Shown one piece after another: positions 26,984-40,449 of a stretch of DNA of 64,000 bases. Each line of letters opens with the position of its first letter. Positions within the stretch are counted from its first letter, which is position 1. Below the pieces are notes generated by a model. That model made no database searches, was not told the DNA's origin, and worked only from the letters and a program-made list of their open reading frames with translations. Location of the stretch: NCBI GenBank assembly GCA_951406725.2, contig OX597816.1, positions 170,128,001 to 170,192,000 of the forward strand, given 5' to 3'. The translations under genes were made by a program, and so were the position numbers. The DNA comes from Octopus vulgaris. Lineage: Eukaryota.

Positions 26984-27340
26984 ACAATAGCAACAGGAAT
27001 AGCAGACGAAATTAGAACAGCAGCATCTACAACAGCAACAACAACAATTATTGGAGCTATACGCAAACAGGTCCGAAAATGTAGTAAGTTCATTGTTGCC
27101 AGACGGCATATCGAATTCCATAAAATAATTCAGTTATAACCTAGAGGAGTGTATAACTTTTGCAGCGTACTACAGACGGTACGAGGAGAGTTTTAAGGAC
27201 GATTGCAAAACATGGTCGGACGAAGAAAATGTAAGGTTATTATTACGTAAATTAGCTCCGTCTGAGCATGAACGATACTGTAATTTCATATTGTCCAAAA
27301 AGTCTAGTGAAATCTATTTTCAGGAAACAATCAAATTATT

Positions 27341-27743
27341 ATTAATAGTTATCGCCAAGCGAACATGGCAGTCCAGAAAAACAGGATGATTGCTGTCGTT
27401 GATTAGTTCCAAGAGGCCATCGACTCTAGCTAGCCATGTGACACACAAACCTGTGTCAATTATAACCTTCGAACAGGGGAGGTCAGCAGCGTCCCCTCGA
27501 AACTAGTCTGTGGATGCCAGACCAGCAAGGTGAAGCTGCTGACCTCCCCTGTTCGAAGGTTATAATGGACACAGGTTTGTGTGTCACATAGCTAGCTAGA
27601 GACGATGGCTTTTTGGAGCTAATCAACGGCAGCATTCGTCCTATTTTTCTGGACTGCCATGTTCGCTTGGCGAAAACTATTAATATCCACTACTGCAGCC
27701 GTAGTCCCCTTTGGAGAGAATTAGAAGTAATAATATTTCTATT
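27341..27743. mobile_element. Asymmetric hairpin element inserted in gag
   Basis: Arms 27341-27490 and 27535-27684, ~59-bp one-sided tail, 12-bp TSD AATCAAATTATT at 27329-27340 and 27744-27755. Confidence 0.9.
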
Positions 27744-28609
27744 AATCAAATTATTGTCTAACATGTGTTGGAATTTAACTAAAATGAAGTGTTGGAATTT
27801 AACTAAAAAAAAAGAGGACGATGACTTTATTACTCATGCATGAATAGTCACCAGAATGTGTGAAAGTTTTAAACTTGCTCCTGAGATATTTAAGTGTTTC
27901 ATTTTTGTACCAGGCCTTACAGCAAAAGAAGATACAGAAATACGGGCAAGAATTCTTTCAAAACTTGAAGAAGCGAACCAAAATTTAATCCTGCAGAGTA
28001 TTGCAAAAGAGTATCAGAGGATGGTGAACCTGAAACACGAAGTTCGACCGAGAAAGTATAACCGAAGGAAATTTCTAGGTCCTAACGCATGTTACGGATG
28101 TTGAAGCCTACATTTCAGAAAAGATTGTCCTTTTAAGAACAACTTTGGCTTGACACATACATTGTGTGCAAGTTTGATGAGATTGACTGTGATTGGAAGC
28201 TCATCAGATTCTCTCCATATGTGGTTCAGTGGACCATCCTTGAAGTAGGGCGTTTATCTGATGATTGCATTAAAATCACATGTAGCTCTAGAATACTTAG
28301 CCATTTATATTTTGATTTAGTATGTATTCAGTTGATAGGAAAATTGAGCCGTTCTCCACGTCAATTGTGACGAAAGATCCATATTTGTCTGTGTATATAT
28401 GTATTTGCATATATATATATGTGTGCGTGTGTATGTGTGTGTGTGTATGTGTGTGTGTGTGTATGTATTTGTATATGTGTGTGTGTGTGTGTGTGTGTAC
28501 ATAACTCTATAGGAATATTATTCTTTTTGGAGACGTACATTTTTACACTTAATTAATGGCATGTTAAACTAAGCTAGCATTCTCAAAATATACATCAGAG
28601 ACGTACACT

Positions 28610-28958
28610 TGGTTGTGTAGCTACTCAAACACATTGTTCTGAGTTCAGTCCCACTGCATGGCGCAAGTGTCTTCTGCTACAGCCGCGGGCCGACCAATGC
28701 CTTATGAGTGGATTTGATTGACAGACACTGAATATATATGCATATATCTAGGCGTCTGTCTTTGTGTGTGTTTGTAACCTCACTACATTTTGGCAACCGT
28801 GTTGGGTTGTTTACCCCCTCGCAAATTAACGATGTGAAAAAGGAGACCGATAAAATAATTACCTGGTTTAAAAATCAACTAGGGTTGACTTGCTCGACTA
28901 AACCCTTGAAGGCGGTGCCCTACTATTGTCGTAGCCCAATGTCTAAAACAAGTAAAAC
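28610..28958 (+). mobile_element. SINE family A, old diverged copy
   Basis: GTTCAGTCCCACTGCATGGC...GGCGGTGCCC...AAACAAGTAAAA. Confidence 0.75.
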
Positions 28959-30978
28959 GGTCTATCAAGCTGATATGATAGACTTGACTCAGTCAAAATC
29001 TAATGCATATATTAGATTTATATTAATTTGGCTTAAACTTCAATTCCTGTGGAAGAAATATGTCTGTTCAGTATCATTCTATTAGTTATGAAACATTTTG
29101 CTAAGGACATTGTTAAGTATTTGAAAATAGTGCCGAGATTTTCAATCTTACTATCTAGGCTATAATTCATGCCTTTTTGTTGATACTGCAAGGTTCTGTT
29201 TTACGTTGTCCATTCATTTAATAGTTTATTACTATTCAGGACTTGTCTCAAGCTGAGCGGGGTTTCCTCCGTCTTTATCATTTGAGTTCATCCTTTCATC
29301 CTTTACTCCATGTGAACAACGGGTTCGACATAATTACAGCCTCCCTTGCACAAATATTTGCAACATATCTATCATAGAGCTTATTCTAGTTTTTCTTATT
29401 AAAGTTTGTAGCTGTTCCAGTCGAATCTAGAGCAGCTAAACCGCCTTATATAGTTTCGTAGAATTTTATTATCCTGTATATTTCAGTTCACGTCTACGTC
29501 TATTGCCATTTTACTAAGTCGCCGAAACTGGATCGTCTATCATTTCGGATTAAGCAATTTACCAAATTTTCGTTCGAGTAAACTCATATTTATTGTGGTC
29601 ATGTTATCTGACCATTTTAAGCGGAAACCTCGTCACCCACGAATTCCATTTCAAAAGCAGAGTGTTGTCTTTCGCTGGCTACTATATTAAATAGGTAATA
29701 AATCTACAGAAATAGTCGTACGGTCTCAGGAGGCAATTAACTTAAATTAGTTATCTAATAAGATAATTGATATTTTAACAAGAATTACAGATGAAAGAAA
29801 AGTGACATGAAATTATGTACCTTAGCATTTCAATTCATTGGGTGTTATACGGAAAATATACTAGTTGAAAGCGCCCTCTCTTTTTTGTAGCGTCATTTAT
29901 TATTAATATATAATCCTTTATCATTACTGTGTAGATATTTGTGTGGTCATTTTTCATTTTGTGTTGTCATATATCATTAATGTCTTTCTGATCAAAATGA
30001 ATGAATAATGAATTACGTCTAAATTGATAACTTATTAATTTTCATTTAGTAATACTTTGTCAGTTTACTTGGAAAATATTTAAACGTCAGAATTTAGCTC
30101 ATTACTTTCCAGTAAAGTTGAAAGTTTTGGAAGAACAAAGTAAATCAATAATTAAAATTTTAATTGAATCGCAATTTCCTCCAACGCATATATTTGTAAT
30201 TTTGATGTAACTGTATAATTTAATACGGACATAATTTAAGGATCTAATAGATTGTCTGTTACCCTAAGGTTAGAAAGGGAATTATTTGAAAAGATACCTT
30301 GTAATTCATCTATATTCATTAAGATATCCATTAATAACACTGCATGTTCTAATGCATTAAATATTCTTCTAAATATTGAATTAATTCTTCATTTAATTTT
30401 TAATTATAATTTCACTTTTGCTTTATTTCTAATCGTTTCATCACAATTCATGTTCAAATGACAGAAGCTGATCTGTAATTAGCGTAAATTACGTAACTGG
30501 CTCTTTTCAACAATCAGTCAATTGCACTGTACATTGAACGCCATCTTATAATCATTATTTCACTGAATACTATAAACTTTATATTTTAATACACAATTAC
30601 TCTATTTCGGTTTTAAGTGATTTCTCTTGATCTTAGGATTTCAATAGGTAGTATCAGATGGAAGTTACAGTAAAATAAGACAGACAGGTAGTTTCAATCC
30701 TTGGATAACTAAATCCAAAGTGGGTGCTAAGGCAGGAACGTCACAACCATTCATTCTTTTGAAATACTGAGCTTCTGATACTTCACATTATTGGACAAGG
30801 ATTTCACTTTTCCAAGTAAGTATTGGCTCAGTGGTTCCTCATATCAGTGGAACGAAACATATGTCGGCATATTGTGACTGTCACAAGTTAATTAGTAATT
30901 ATATGCGCGTAAGCAGTTATTAGATGAAGAAGTCACTGACTGAAATTTCTGTAATCTATTTGAAATATATCAATATCA

Positions 30979-31139
30979 GGCGCAGGAGTGGCTGTGTGGT
31001 AAGTAGCTTGCTAACCAACCACATGATTCTGGGTTCAGTCCCACTGCGTGGCACCTTGGGTAAGTGTCTTCTGCTATAGCCTCGGGCCGACCAAAGCCTT
31101 GTGAGTGGATATGGTAGACGGAAACTGAAAGAAGCCCGT

Positions 31140-31174
<35 letters not shown>

Positions 31175-31399
31175 GCTTGTGTGTGTTTGTGTGTCTGTGT
31201 CTGTCTCCTAGCATTGCTTGACAATCGATGCTGGTGTGTTTATGTCCCCGCCACTTAGCGGTCCGGCAAAAGAGACCGATAGAATAAGTACTGGGCTTAC
31301 AAACAGAGAAAAAGCCCCGGGGTCGGATTGCTCGACTAAAGGCGGTGCTCCAGCATGGCCGCAGTCAAATGACTGAAACAAGTAAAAGAGTAAAAGAGT
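30979..31399 (+). mobile_element. SINE family A, full length
   Basis: Complete from head to AAAAGAGT tail; TSD-like TATCAATATCA/TATCAGTATCA. Confidence 0.92.
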
Positions 31400-31794
31400 A
31401 TCAGTATCAATTCTCTCGACATTTCTCTCACTTGTTTCCTGGAAAAATATTTTTGCTCTGGAGCGTTCAATACACACGACACGCATTTAAAACAGAAAAT
31501 TAGTTTTTACATAAGGTTATTTGCTCTCTGATGTCATCTGCTTGATCTTTAGGATTTAAGTTAGTATTAACATATTGAATGGAAGGTACTTTATACAATG
31601 AAGAATCACATCTAAGTAGTTGACAAATATTACTGACGTCCATATGCTGTGGAGGTGATAATAAAACTGCGTTATTGTATTCGTTTTCTACCGTGGAAAA
31701 TCTCCGAGATATAAGAAAATATTGAGGAACAAGCAGACGTATGAAAAATCCCTTCCAACGTTTAACAGTATTTTGAAATTTGCACCATATTTGA

Positions 31795-32257
31795 ACGCTA
31801 AAACAACTTAACAAATGTGTGCCACAAGACCTGAATGAATATATGAAAATGCTATAACAAAACTAGTTTTGCTCTAAGGGTGCAGAATATCGATGATCCA
31901 CTTCTTAATTGCATTATGACATGATGCAAAAAGCATTCTATGTAGTAAACAGGTGGCATTTCACACAGTGCCTGTGCGGAGTTTAAGATTTAGGACACTC
32001 TCAAACTGGAACCGCAGGAAATGAATGATATTGCCACTAGTCGTTGGTGCGCAAGCGGACTTGTTAACACTATTTCTTCAATACTGATACGACAGAATTT
32101 GGACGTGTTAGATTATGAAATTCTACCTCATCAAGCATACTACCCAGACAAATCCTCGACCGCGTGCCACCGTTCGAAGCATGTCGATAATTTTGTGCAA
32201 AATCTCTTCAAAAAACACAGCAGCACGCGGCAGCTGAAAACGCCTTCGAAAAGTTCA
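31795..32257 (+). mobile_element. Highly decayed mariner transposase fragment
   Basis: KQLNKCVPQDLNE; LDYEILPHQAYYPD; AAENAFEKF. Confidence 0.7.
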
Positions 32258-32314
32258 CATAAGGTAATTTGCTAAAAGTTGTGATCTGCATGATCATTAA
32301 GGTTTTAATTAGGA

Positions 32315-32715
32315 CTAGCAGTATCGCCCGGCGTTGCTCGGGTTTGTAAGGGAAATAACTATATAAGCATTTTTAGAGATGTAAAGTATAATAGCCATCT
32401 CAATATGGTTAACCACAAGGTGGGGTAGGTGTTACTGTAGCTTTTTACGTTCTGAGATTTAATAATAAATTTTTAGAGAGTTACTTCCCTTATATATGCC
32501 AAAAATGCATTAAAAATGGGAAAAATTGATGGTAAAAATCTTTTTTAAAATCGTAGACTCATTGTAGACGCGCGCTAATACCCAGAAGGGCTCGATATGA
32601 ATCACGACTATAAGATACCCGGTTTTGGTTAAACTGCACCGCAAAATGTGGGAGTAGTTAGGAATTTAAATTGTAGGAGACAGACAGCACACAACCTCTC
32701 TTTTATATATAAAGA
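32315..32715 (-). mobile_element. Non-autonomous Helitron
   Basis: Minus strand begins TC(TTTATATATAAAAG) and ends with hairpin CCCGAGCAACGCCGGG then CTAG; inserted between A and T with no TSD; paralog at 46383-46895. Confidence 0.88.
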
Positions 32716-34009
32716 TTAACATATTAAATGCAAGGCACTTCATACAGTGAAGAATCACAAGTCAGCCGTTAGCAAATACTACTTTCGAAAGGGCATCGAC
32801 CACTACTTGTTGCGGGGGTGATAATACTTTTCAGGGTCTCGGAATTACGTCCTAACAGAACAGACATGTTTGTTGTTGGCAAAATATGTACATCGTACTT
32901 TTTCTTATTTGAATTACTAAAATGTAATTTTGGCTTCAGATAGTTTGCTTTGATTTTGGTAGCAAAAAGCTGCAATTATTGTATACTACTCATTGAGTAA
33001 TATTATTTGTCCTCACTTGTATACCTATTTATAATTACATTACTTATTCTCTGTACATTAAATATGTTCGCACTATTTCTGTTGAATGCACTTTCTAATA
33101 AATTCATCGTGGAAAATTAATGCTAAATAAAATTTCCTAAAGCTTCTCTTACAGCAACATTAAATGTAAATAAAATTAATCTAAATGTTTAAAACTTAAG
33201 GTAATTTTATTGTAGTATGTAACTCTTAAATTTGGTTTTAATTAGGTTGAAAATAAAATCGAATTTATAATTTCTATTAAAAGTTGGTGCTTTTAAGTAA
33301 AAACAGAGAAAACAGGAAATTTAATATTTTTGTTAAGTTTCTAACTTTTCTTAAAATAATGTTCGTGCTTTAAACTTTGTAAATTTTCTTCATTATATTT
33401 TCTTCATTATATTTTCTTAATTCTTTCTCGGGAAATTGAATGAATAATGCAAAACAAAAACTGTTAGGCTTCAATGAAATAGAATTATAAATATCTTTAA
33501 GAGGTATACATATACAAACTGCTTTTACTGTGTTTTGAATATTAAAAATAGATTATATTATAAAGATTTAAAATAGCTTTCTAGCAATTTATTTTCGTAT
33601 TTGTTGTTTAAAATACATTTAACAGAGTGTTATGGCCGAGAAAATATTCTTACGTAAATTTCCAAACTAAAGATTCGTTTGAATTGTTACTGTCAGAAAT
33701 TATTCCTTAGTTTACAGGCCTTTCTACTGTCAAAGATAAATTAACTGATGTATTTTGAAAAGTCGGTGAATATAAATTTCAGTGTAGTTATATAAATGAC
33801 AATATCAACAAATACGGTGCGTATTTAAAAAGTTCTTGCATTCGTACAATTGTATTAACCAGTTATTATGTCAACTGAATTATTTTTGGGTAATTTTGAA
33901 TTTGAGACAGGAGGCTAAATACAACCGACACATCTGTCTCTTCATAGTCTTTACATTATGCTGTACTTTCTTACACAAATATGTATCCGATTGGGATCCT
34001 AAAACAAGT

Positions 34010-34108
34010 GAAGATAGAAGAGTTTTCTTGAAGATAGAAGAGTATTCTTGAAGATAGAAGAGTTTTCTTGAAGATAGAAGAGTTTTCTTGAAGATAGAAG
34101 AGTTTTCT
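34010..34108. repeat. 20-bp minisatellite, about 5 units
   Basis: GAAGATAGAAGAGTTTTCTT repeated in tandem. Confidence 0.95.
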
Positions 34109-35062
34109 AACTAAACGTAGACAGTAAATGTTAATGTATTTCTTTCTTAAAACTCGTTTGATTTGCGTTTAGCATGTGTAACTTTCTATACAAACTTTGT
34201 TTCTGAATAAGATGTTTTAGTAATATGGTTTATTGCACTGGAACAATAGTTTAAATAATAGTAGAGTTGCTGGTAGAGAATTATAATCTCTTATATTTAT
34301 CTAGTAGGTATTTGACTTCTTGACTCCAGCATGATGAAAAGAAAATCAAATTCGACGTGATTTGAATTGAAAGCGCGATGTAATGAAATGCTATATAGTA
34401 TTCTCCTTGTAATTTACCGATCCAATAACCATTTCTGTTTCTATACTTCCGACAACCACAACAGACCAAATGTTACCGCAACGCTATTGTTATATTATTA
34501 AAAGTTAAGCGTCTAATTGTGAAATGATCAACCATATAATACATTCAATTGCATTATTAGTATATTAATAACACTGACATATTTTAGGAGTAAAGTGGCT
34601 AAAACTTTCAATTCATTGGCCAATGATTCAAGATAATTTGGTATTTCGTAGCTTAAGTACTGACTAAAAATATAATTATATGAACTGATAAATATATCAC
34701 TAAGATCAAATAATTGTGAGGTTGCAAACGTATTGATACTCTACAGATATCCAGCAGCGTTCACTTAATAATTTCACATAATATCTAATTAACATATGAG
34801 AAATCTACGTCGGTTTCGATATGCAGGTAATTTTCATTTATTTATCTTATGTACTCCAATGGAAAGAGAAACTTCTATGGGCGCTAAAACACTCATCTTT
34901 GATAATAATCACAGATAGACACAGGTGTCAAGCATAATAATTTCAATGCAATTTTTCCCACACATGAAATAAATATAATTATTGTATCTGAATATATTTT
35001 CTGTTGGAGACAAGTCGCAAGATGCAGACGTATAAATAACACGAGTATATATTAGGTCACTT

Positions 35063-35293
35063 AGGGCGGCGAGATGGCAGAAACGTTAGCACGCCGGGTG
35101 AAATGCGTAGCCGTATTTCGTCTGCCGTTACCTTCTGAGTTCAAATACCGCCGAGGTCGACTTTGCCTTTCATCCTTTCAGGGTCGATAAATTAAGTACC
35201 AGTTACTCACACGGGTCGATATAATCGATATAATCCGTTTGTCTATCTTTGTTTGTCCCCTCTGTGTTTAGCCCCTTGTGGGTAGCAAAGAAA
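35063..35293 (+). mobile_element. SINE family B, full length
   Basis: Flanked by TSD TATATATTAGGTCACTT. Confidence 0.92.
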
Positions 35294-35497
35294 TATATAT
35301 ATTAGGTCACTTTTGATCTTACCACCAATCCAACAAGACCAGTACATTTATTTATTCTTCTGTAAAAGAAAGCAAATATTGTTAGTTGATACAATCACTA
35401 CACGTATAAAAGGTTGGAGATCCGTAAAATTGTGGAGTTAAATCCATTGTGAATTATTTACATGTATTTTTAGCCTTTTGAATTATATATATATATA

Positions 35498-35906
35498 CTC
35501 TTTACTCTTTTACTCTTTTACTTGTTTCAGTCATTTGACTGCGGCCATGCTGCAGCACCACCTTTAATCGAGCAACTCGACCCCGGGACTTATTCTTTTG
35601 TAAGCCCAGTACTTATTCTATCGGACTCATTGGCCGAACCGCTAAGTGACGGGGACGTAAACACACCAGCATCCGTTGTCAAGCAATGGTAGGGGGACAA
35701 ACACAGACACACAAACATATACACACACATACATATATATATATACATATATACGACAGGCTTCTTTCAGTTTCCGTCTACCAAATCCACTCACAAGGCA
35801 TTGGTCGGCCCGGGGCTATAGCAGAAGACACTTGCCCAAGATGCCACGCAGTGGGACTGAACCCGGAACCATGTGGTTGGTTAGCAAGCTACTTACCACA
35901 CAGCCA
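35498..35906 (-). mobile_element. SINE family A
   Basis: Homologous to 2995-3465. Confidence 0.9.
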
Positions 35907-36184
35907 TATGTTGTGAATTAGTTTGGAAGTATAGTATACGACTGAGATTGAGCCTAGTGGCATACTGAAGACTATAGCTCCTTTCTTTGGGGCAATATTT
36001 TGTGAGATTGCAATGTAATTTCCTTCTAAATTAGAAAGGGTCATCTGCACCCGCTCGTATCCGTAAAAAATTCTAATTGAAATTACGAAGATGGATCTGA
36101 TCCAGAATTCACAGGGATGTGCACAGCAGATGCTTACCTCCATAGATAGCATACTAGTTTTCTGTTAGCATTAGACTGGTGTAT

Positions 36185-36421
36185 GGATGGAAGCACTCCG
36201 TCGGCAACGACGACGAGGGTTCCGGTTGATCCGAATCAACGGAACAGCCTGCTCGTGAAATTAACGTGTAAGTGGCTGAGCACTCCACAGACACGTGTAC
36301 CCTTTGGAGCTTTTAGGTGTTTTCGCTCAATAAACACTCACAACGCCCGGTCTGGGAATCGAAACCGCGATCCTATGACCGCGAGTCCGCTGCCCTAACC
36401 ACTGGGCCATTGCGCCTCCAC
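36185..36421 (-). mobile_element. SINE family C, internally deleted
   Basis: Head and tail match 3903-4288 with about 150 bp of the middle missing; TSD GACTGGTGTAT at 36174-36184 and 36423-36433. Confidence 0.9.
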
Positions 36422-37107
36422 TGACTGGTGTATACGGCCTGCTGCAATCGCATATATAATGCGTATTCCCATCAGGTGAGTTGCTAAGAACGAATACAAT
36501 TAAATATTTTGTGACGCATCAATACATCTGGGGATAGCATAAATCTGACGAATAAGCCATTTTTCTAATATCCTTAAAGCAGATATTTTATTTAAATATA
36601 TTTGATAGCTTATAAAGCAATCCTTAAACTGAATTTGAATTAGTATATCAAATAATTTCTTCACAGTCCTAAAAGAATTTTGCCGAAAATTAGCAATCTT
36701 TGTAGGGTTTGAGAATAATGAAAAAATGCAAAAATCATAACATTAACTTCTTTTAAGAGGGAAAGATACCTTTGACAGCAATTTTATTATGTAATAAGCA
36801 TTGATAAATGAATTTCCAATGCATTTTATTATTATATATGAGTACTTCCTTTCTAAGTAACATTCGAATTAACTTATTTTAATGAGTTCCTTGCTTCAAT
36901 AACTTTTTTTAATTTCACAAAATCAGTGACCGGTTTCATCGAAAAAGTCATGTAATAATGAAAAAAATACTTTTAAAGTGTATCAGCAAAAATAAGGTAC
37001 TATGGCATTCTTCATTGATTACATGTGTGTGTGTGTGTGTGCGTGTGTGTGTGTGTGCGTGTTTGTGTATGAATATTTGTGTACATATCCATATTTGTAT
37101 GTATATA

Positions 37108-37742
37108 TTGGGTCATCCCATTGGTTATCGCAGTGTTTTCACTCGCATGATCTTAGTACAAATTTTGAAGAGTGCCATTCGATTTTAACAGTTATTTTGT
37201 TCAAAGCTATAATGGAAGTTACAAAGGAGTATATATTCGGCATATTTTGAATTTTGAGTTCAATAAAGGCAACATCGTAACGGAAAAGGCGAAGTATATT
37301 AATGTATCAACGGTGGTTCCAGAAATTTCGAGCCGGAAACTACAACCTTGAAGACGAGTCTCGACCTGGAAGATCTGTAGATCTCAACGAAGATGTCCTA
37401 CAAACCCTGGTGGAATAAAATCCCATCGTAACAGTTGAGGAACTAGCAGAGAAGCTTGGATTTGCTCATTCCACCATCCATCGGAAATGTCAGCAAATTG
37501 GGTCAATGTGTTCTTCACAAACTTCCCATGTTTACTTGCGCGCAAAGAGTGAATGTGTGCTCTTCTTTGCTGTCACTTCTCACGAATGAACCTTTTTGAA
37601 CCGAATAGTGGTGACGAGAATTGGGTTCCCTATCAAAATGTCAAGCGCCGAGACAGATGGTAGGCAAAAGAGAAACACCTGCACCCCAGGCTAAAGAAAG
37701 TTTTCACCCACGTAAGGTGTTGATATCTGTTTAGTGGGATTC
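37108..37742 (+). mobile_element. Mariner 5' half, decayed
   Basis: TA-TTGGGTCATCCC terminus; MEVTKEY..; QRWFQKFRAGNYNLEDESRPGR; TVEELAEKLGF; GDENW; HPRKVLISV. Confidence 0.85.
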
Positions 37743-39834
37743 CTTACACATGCATACAAAAACACCTGCGATTATACGGGGATATGCAATATATATCGCA
37801 CGTACACAAGTTTAAAACAGTAGATATTAGAATAATGTTGGCAACTAAAGGGAGTTTTTCGAATTCTAACACACGAATAGTTTAACTAGATGGAATGATT
37901 TGTATGTATGGAGAGTAAATGAAATGCTAAGTTCCTGGTTTTTCAATCGAATTGGCAGCGTAATGAAGTGAAATGATGCATTGAAACTTCGTTAAACACT
38001 TAACTGAAATTTCTGTTTATCTAGAGCTGTCACTGTTATTCTAAAGTCTTAGCCATAAAATTAAATGTTTTATTCAAATTTAGCCAAACATTGTATTTCA
38101 GAATTGTGTTTATCGTAAATATTTAACGAGATACTGCAGAAGTAACTGATGCTATCAAACAGCTCTATTTAAAGAGTTATCAACAAATATTTCTCTCTGA
38201 TATTTTAAACCTAATCAAAACGTATCAACATCTATCTATAAATAGAAAAATGAGAATTTTATAAGCTATATTATCGGATTCCATCCCATACTTAATTGTC
38301 AGTGAAAAGAATAAAGAATTTAAAAAACTGTTAGATTCTGGAGAATCTATTATTTATAATGTAATAAAAAATTAATACTGATTTTTTAAAAAGTGTTATC
38401 AAATCTAAATGTTTGTAATAAATTGTATTTTAGTATATTTTGTGAAACCCGCACTTTCTTTCTCAATAAAAGCGAGTTAGTCAGAAAATCTGATATATAA
38501 GTTTGAAATAAAAATTTGTATTGTTTTATTTAACAGGCATTTTCTATTTTGGTATAATGTGTAAATTTGAGAACATTTGAAAACAAATCTAAGAATCACG
38601 TTTCTACTGAGGCGTTGATATCAGGACAAGCTACTGGTAAATATAAATACATGTTACTTAACATTGCAATACTTACAGCTTCTTAATTAAAATAAAGATA
38701 TCAGATGAGATCCAAATATTTGATTTCAATGCATATTGGAAATTACATAGGCGCAAAGGTGAACTGGGAAAATTTGTAGTTCCTCCTTCTCAAATGCTTA
38801 GGGAAGTGTTTACAATCACTGATGTGCATCTCTACTCTCTTTAGTTTAGCAAAATGCAGAGATTGTTCCAAAACTAAAGCAAAAATTGACATTTTTTTAT
38901 TGACTAATATATTGCCATCAAAGATACTACTCAACTTAGTTTTCACCACAGGAAATACATTTGCGTCTTCGTCTTTCAAACACTCATTAAAAACTTCAGG
39001 TATACATTGTGGTACCTACTTCTTAACATCCATTTTGAATACAATTGTATCATCAAATCTTTGCTCACGAAGTCTTGTCATTGATTGGCGCGAAAAGATG
39101 GGAATTGGAGGACCGCCTACTGGTCTGTATGACGGATGGGAGACAAATGAACAGCCCAGTTTGCTGATTGCCTGATTTGTTCCAAAGATGAGTGTAGCCA
39201 CCACGCGTTGTCATGGTCGACGTGGACCATTTTTAGAGTCTTATTCGGTCTCTTCCTCCGAGTGTCTTCTTTAAACATATATGCACTGTATTAATATACC
39301 ACTCACTGTTATCTGTACAGCTTCATTCAAGAAGATCTAAGAGAATGACGCCTTTGTGATCCTTAAAAAAACAATCACATGACTTTTTGTACCAATTGCT
39401 GGATGTTGAAATTCTTATTCCTTCGAGAAGAGGTGTAACGCTATTCCATGGACTAAGCCAGCACACATCCTCTCTCAAGAATTCAATGTGGAGTAGTGCT
39501 TCAGTTTCGAAACAATTATTACTATACAGGAAGACTTACTCTACTAACATATGCAATTTAACGACATATATCAGTTAATTAAAAAGTTAGGCTCACTTTT
39601 GAATTATTTAATAACCTCGTAGAATGTACAATTTTATATAGTATAACAAAGATGACAATGTATTTCTATTCACTTGAGGTTTTCGTATTGAATTCAAATC
39701 TTCTTATAATAAGAAGATTGTAGTCTACTAAATTGTGGATAATAAAATAAAAAATTATAAAATTATATAAAAGTACACTACAGCCGTATACTCAATGTGC
39801 AGGAACTGAACACTTATTTTGTATATGTTAAACT

Positions 39835-39919
39835 AACTCTGACGAGATTCTACTTTCAAGTAATTTTTAATTTTATTAATTAATTTTCTGAAGGTCTAGA
39901 ATTGAAACAGCTGTAAGAG
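39835..39919 (+). ncRNA. Minimal hammerhead ribozyme motif
   Basis: CU-CUGACGA-GAUUCUA...UAGAAUU-GAAA-CAGCUG-UA-AG; intact core, 7-bp stem II base, palindromic stem III. Confidence 0.78.
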
Positions 39920-40215
39920 ATGCCAAGTTTTTTAATTAATAAACAATAATCTATTAATTGTCTCTATATTTTCTTATCTTATTGAAACATATAAATATAT
40001 ATAAATCACGGTTTATATAGTTATCTTACATTCGAATGTTAATTGTAATGTTCAACATTCTTTGTATAGCTAATTAACCAGTACTTTCATTGGATTTTAC
40101 TATATCCCTCTTAATGAGGTTTGTAAACCTTATATATATATATATATGTAAATATATATATATAATATATATATATATATATAGCTAGATAGATAGCTAG
40201 ATAGATAGATAGATT

Positions 40216-40283
<68 letters not shown>

Positions 40284-40399
40284 TAGACATATAACTACAT
40301 GATATATCTCTGAGCTTCCTTTGATTGTGCATCTCTTGAGTGAAATATTTGGGAAATAAATAACACTGAAGCCCACAGGATACGCACACAGTAGCTTTG

Positions 40400-40449
<50 letters not shown>

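Larger units (their letters stand above)
26171..28140 (+). mobile_element. Gypsy-type LTR retrotransposon relic: 5' LTR, PBS and gag pseudogene
   Basis: LTR TGTTGT...ACAATA at 26171-26481; PBS-like TGGCGACGAGG at 26484-26494; gag from ATG 26552: MEDVLTSIIQLQKQQ..FAAYYRRYEESF..VRLLLRKL..HERYCNFIL..FKCFIFVPGL..IRARILSKLE..CYGC*SLHFRKDCPF (zinc knuckle). Confidence 0.88.

Noticed and set aside
29100-29650. Possible decayed BEL/Pao gag on the minus strand (ICAREAVIMSNPLF)
   Set aside because: One short motif resemblance among many stops; not enough to call.
30637-30815. Possible plus-strand exon (TTAG|G ... AA|GTAAGT)
   Set aside because: Stops in all three frames and no other support; a non-coding exon cannot be excluded.
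34010-34108. CRISPR-like array
   Set aside because: Head-to-tail 20-bp units with no spacers, in a eukaryotic context.
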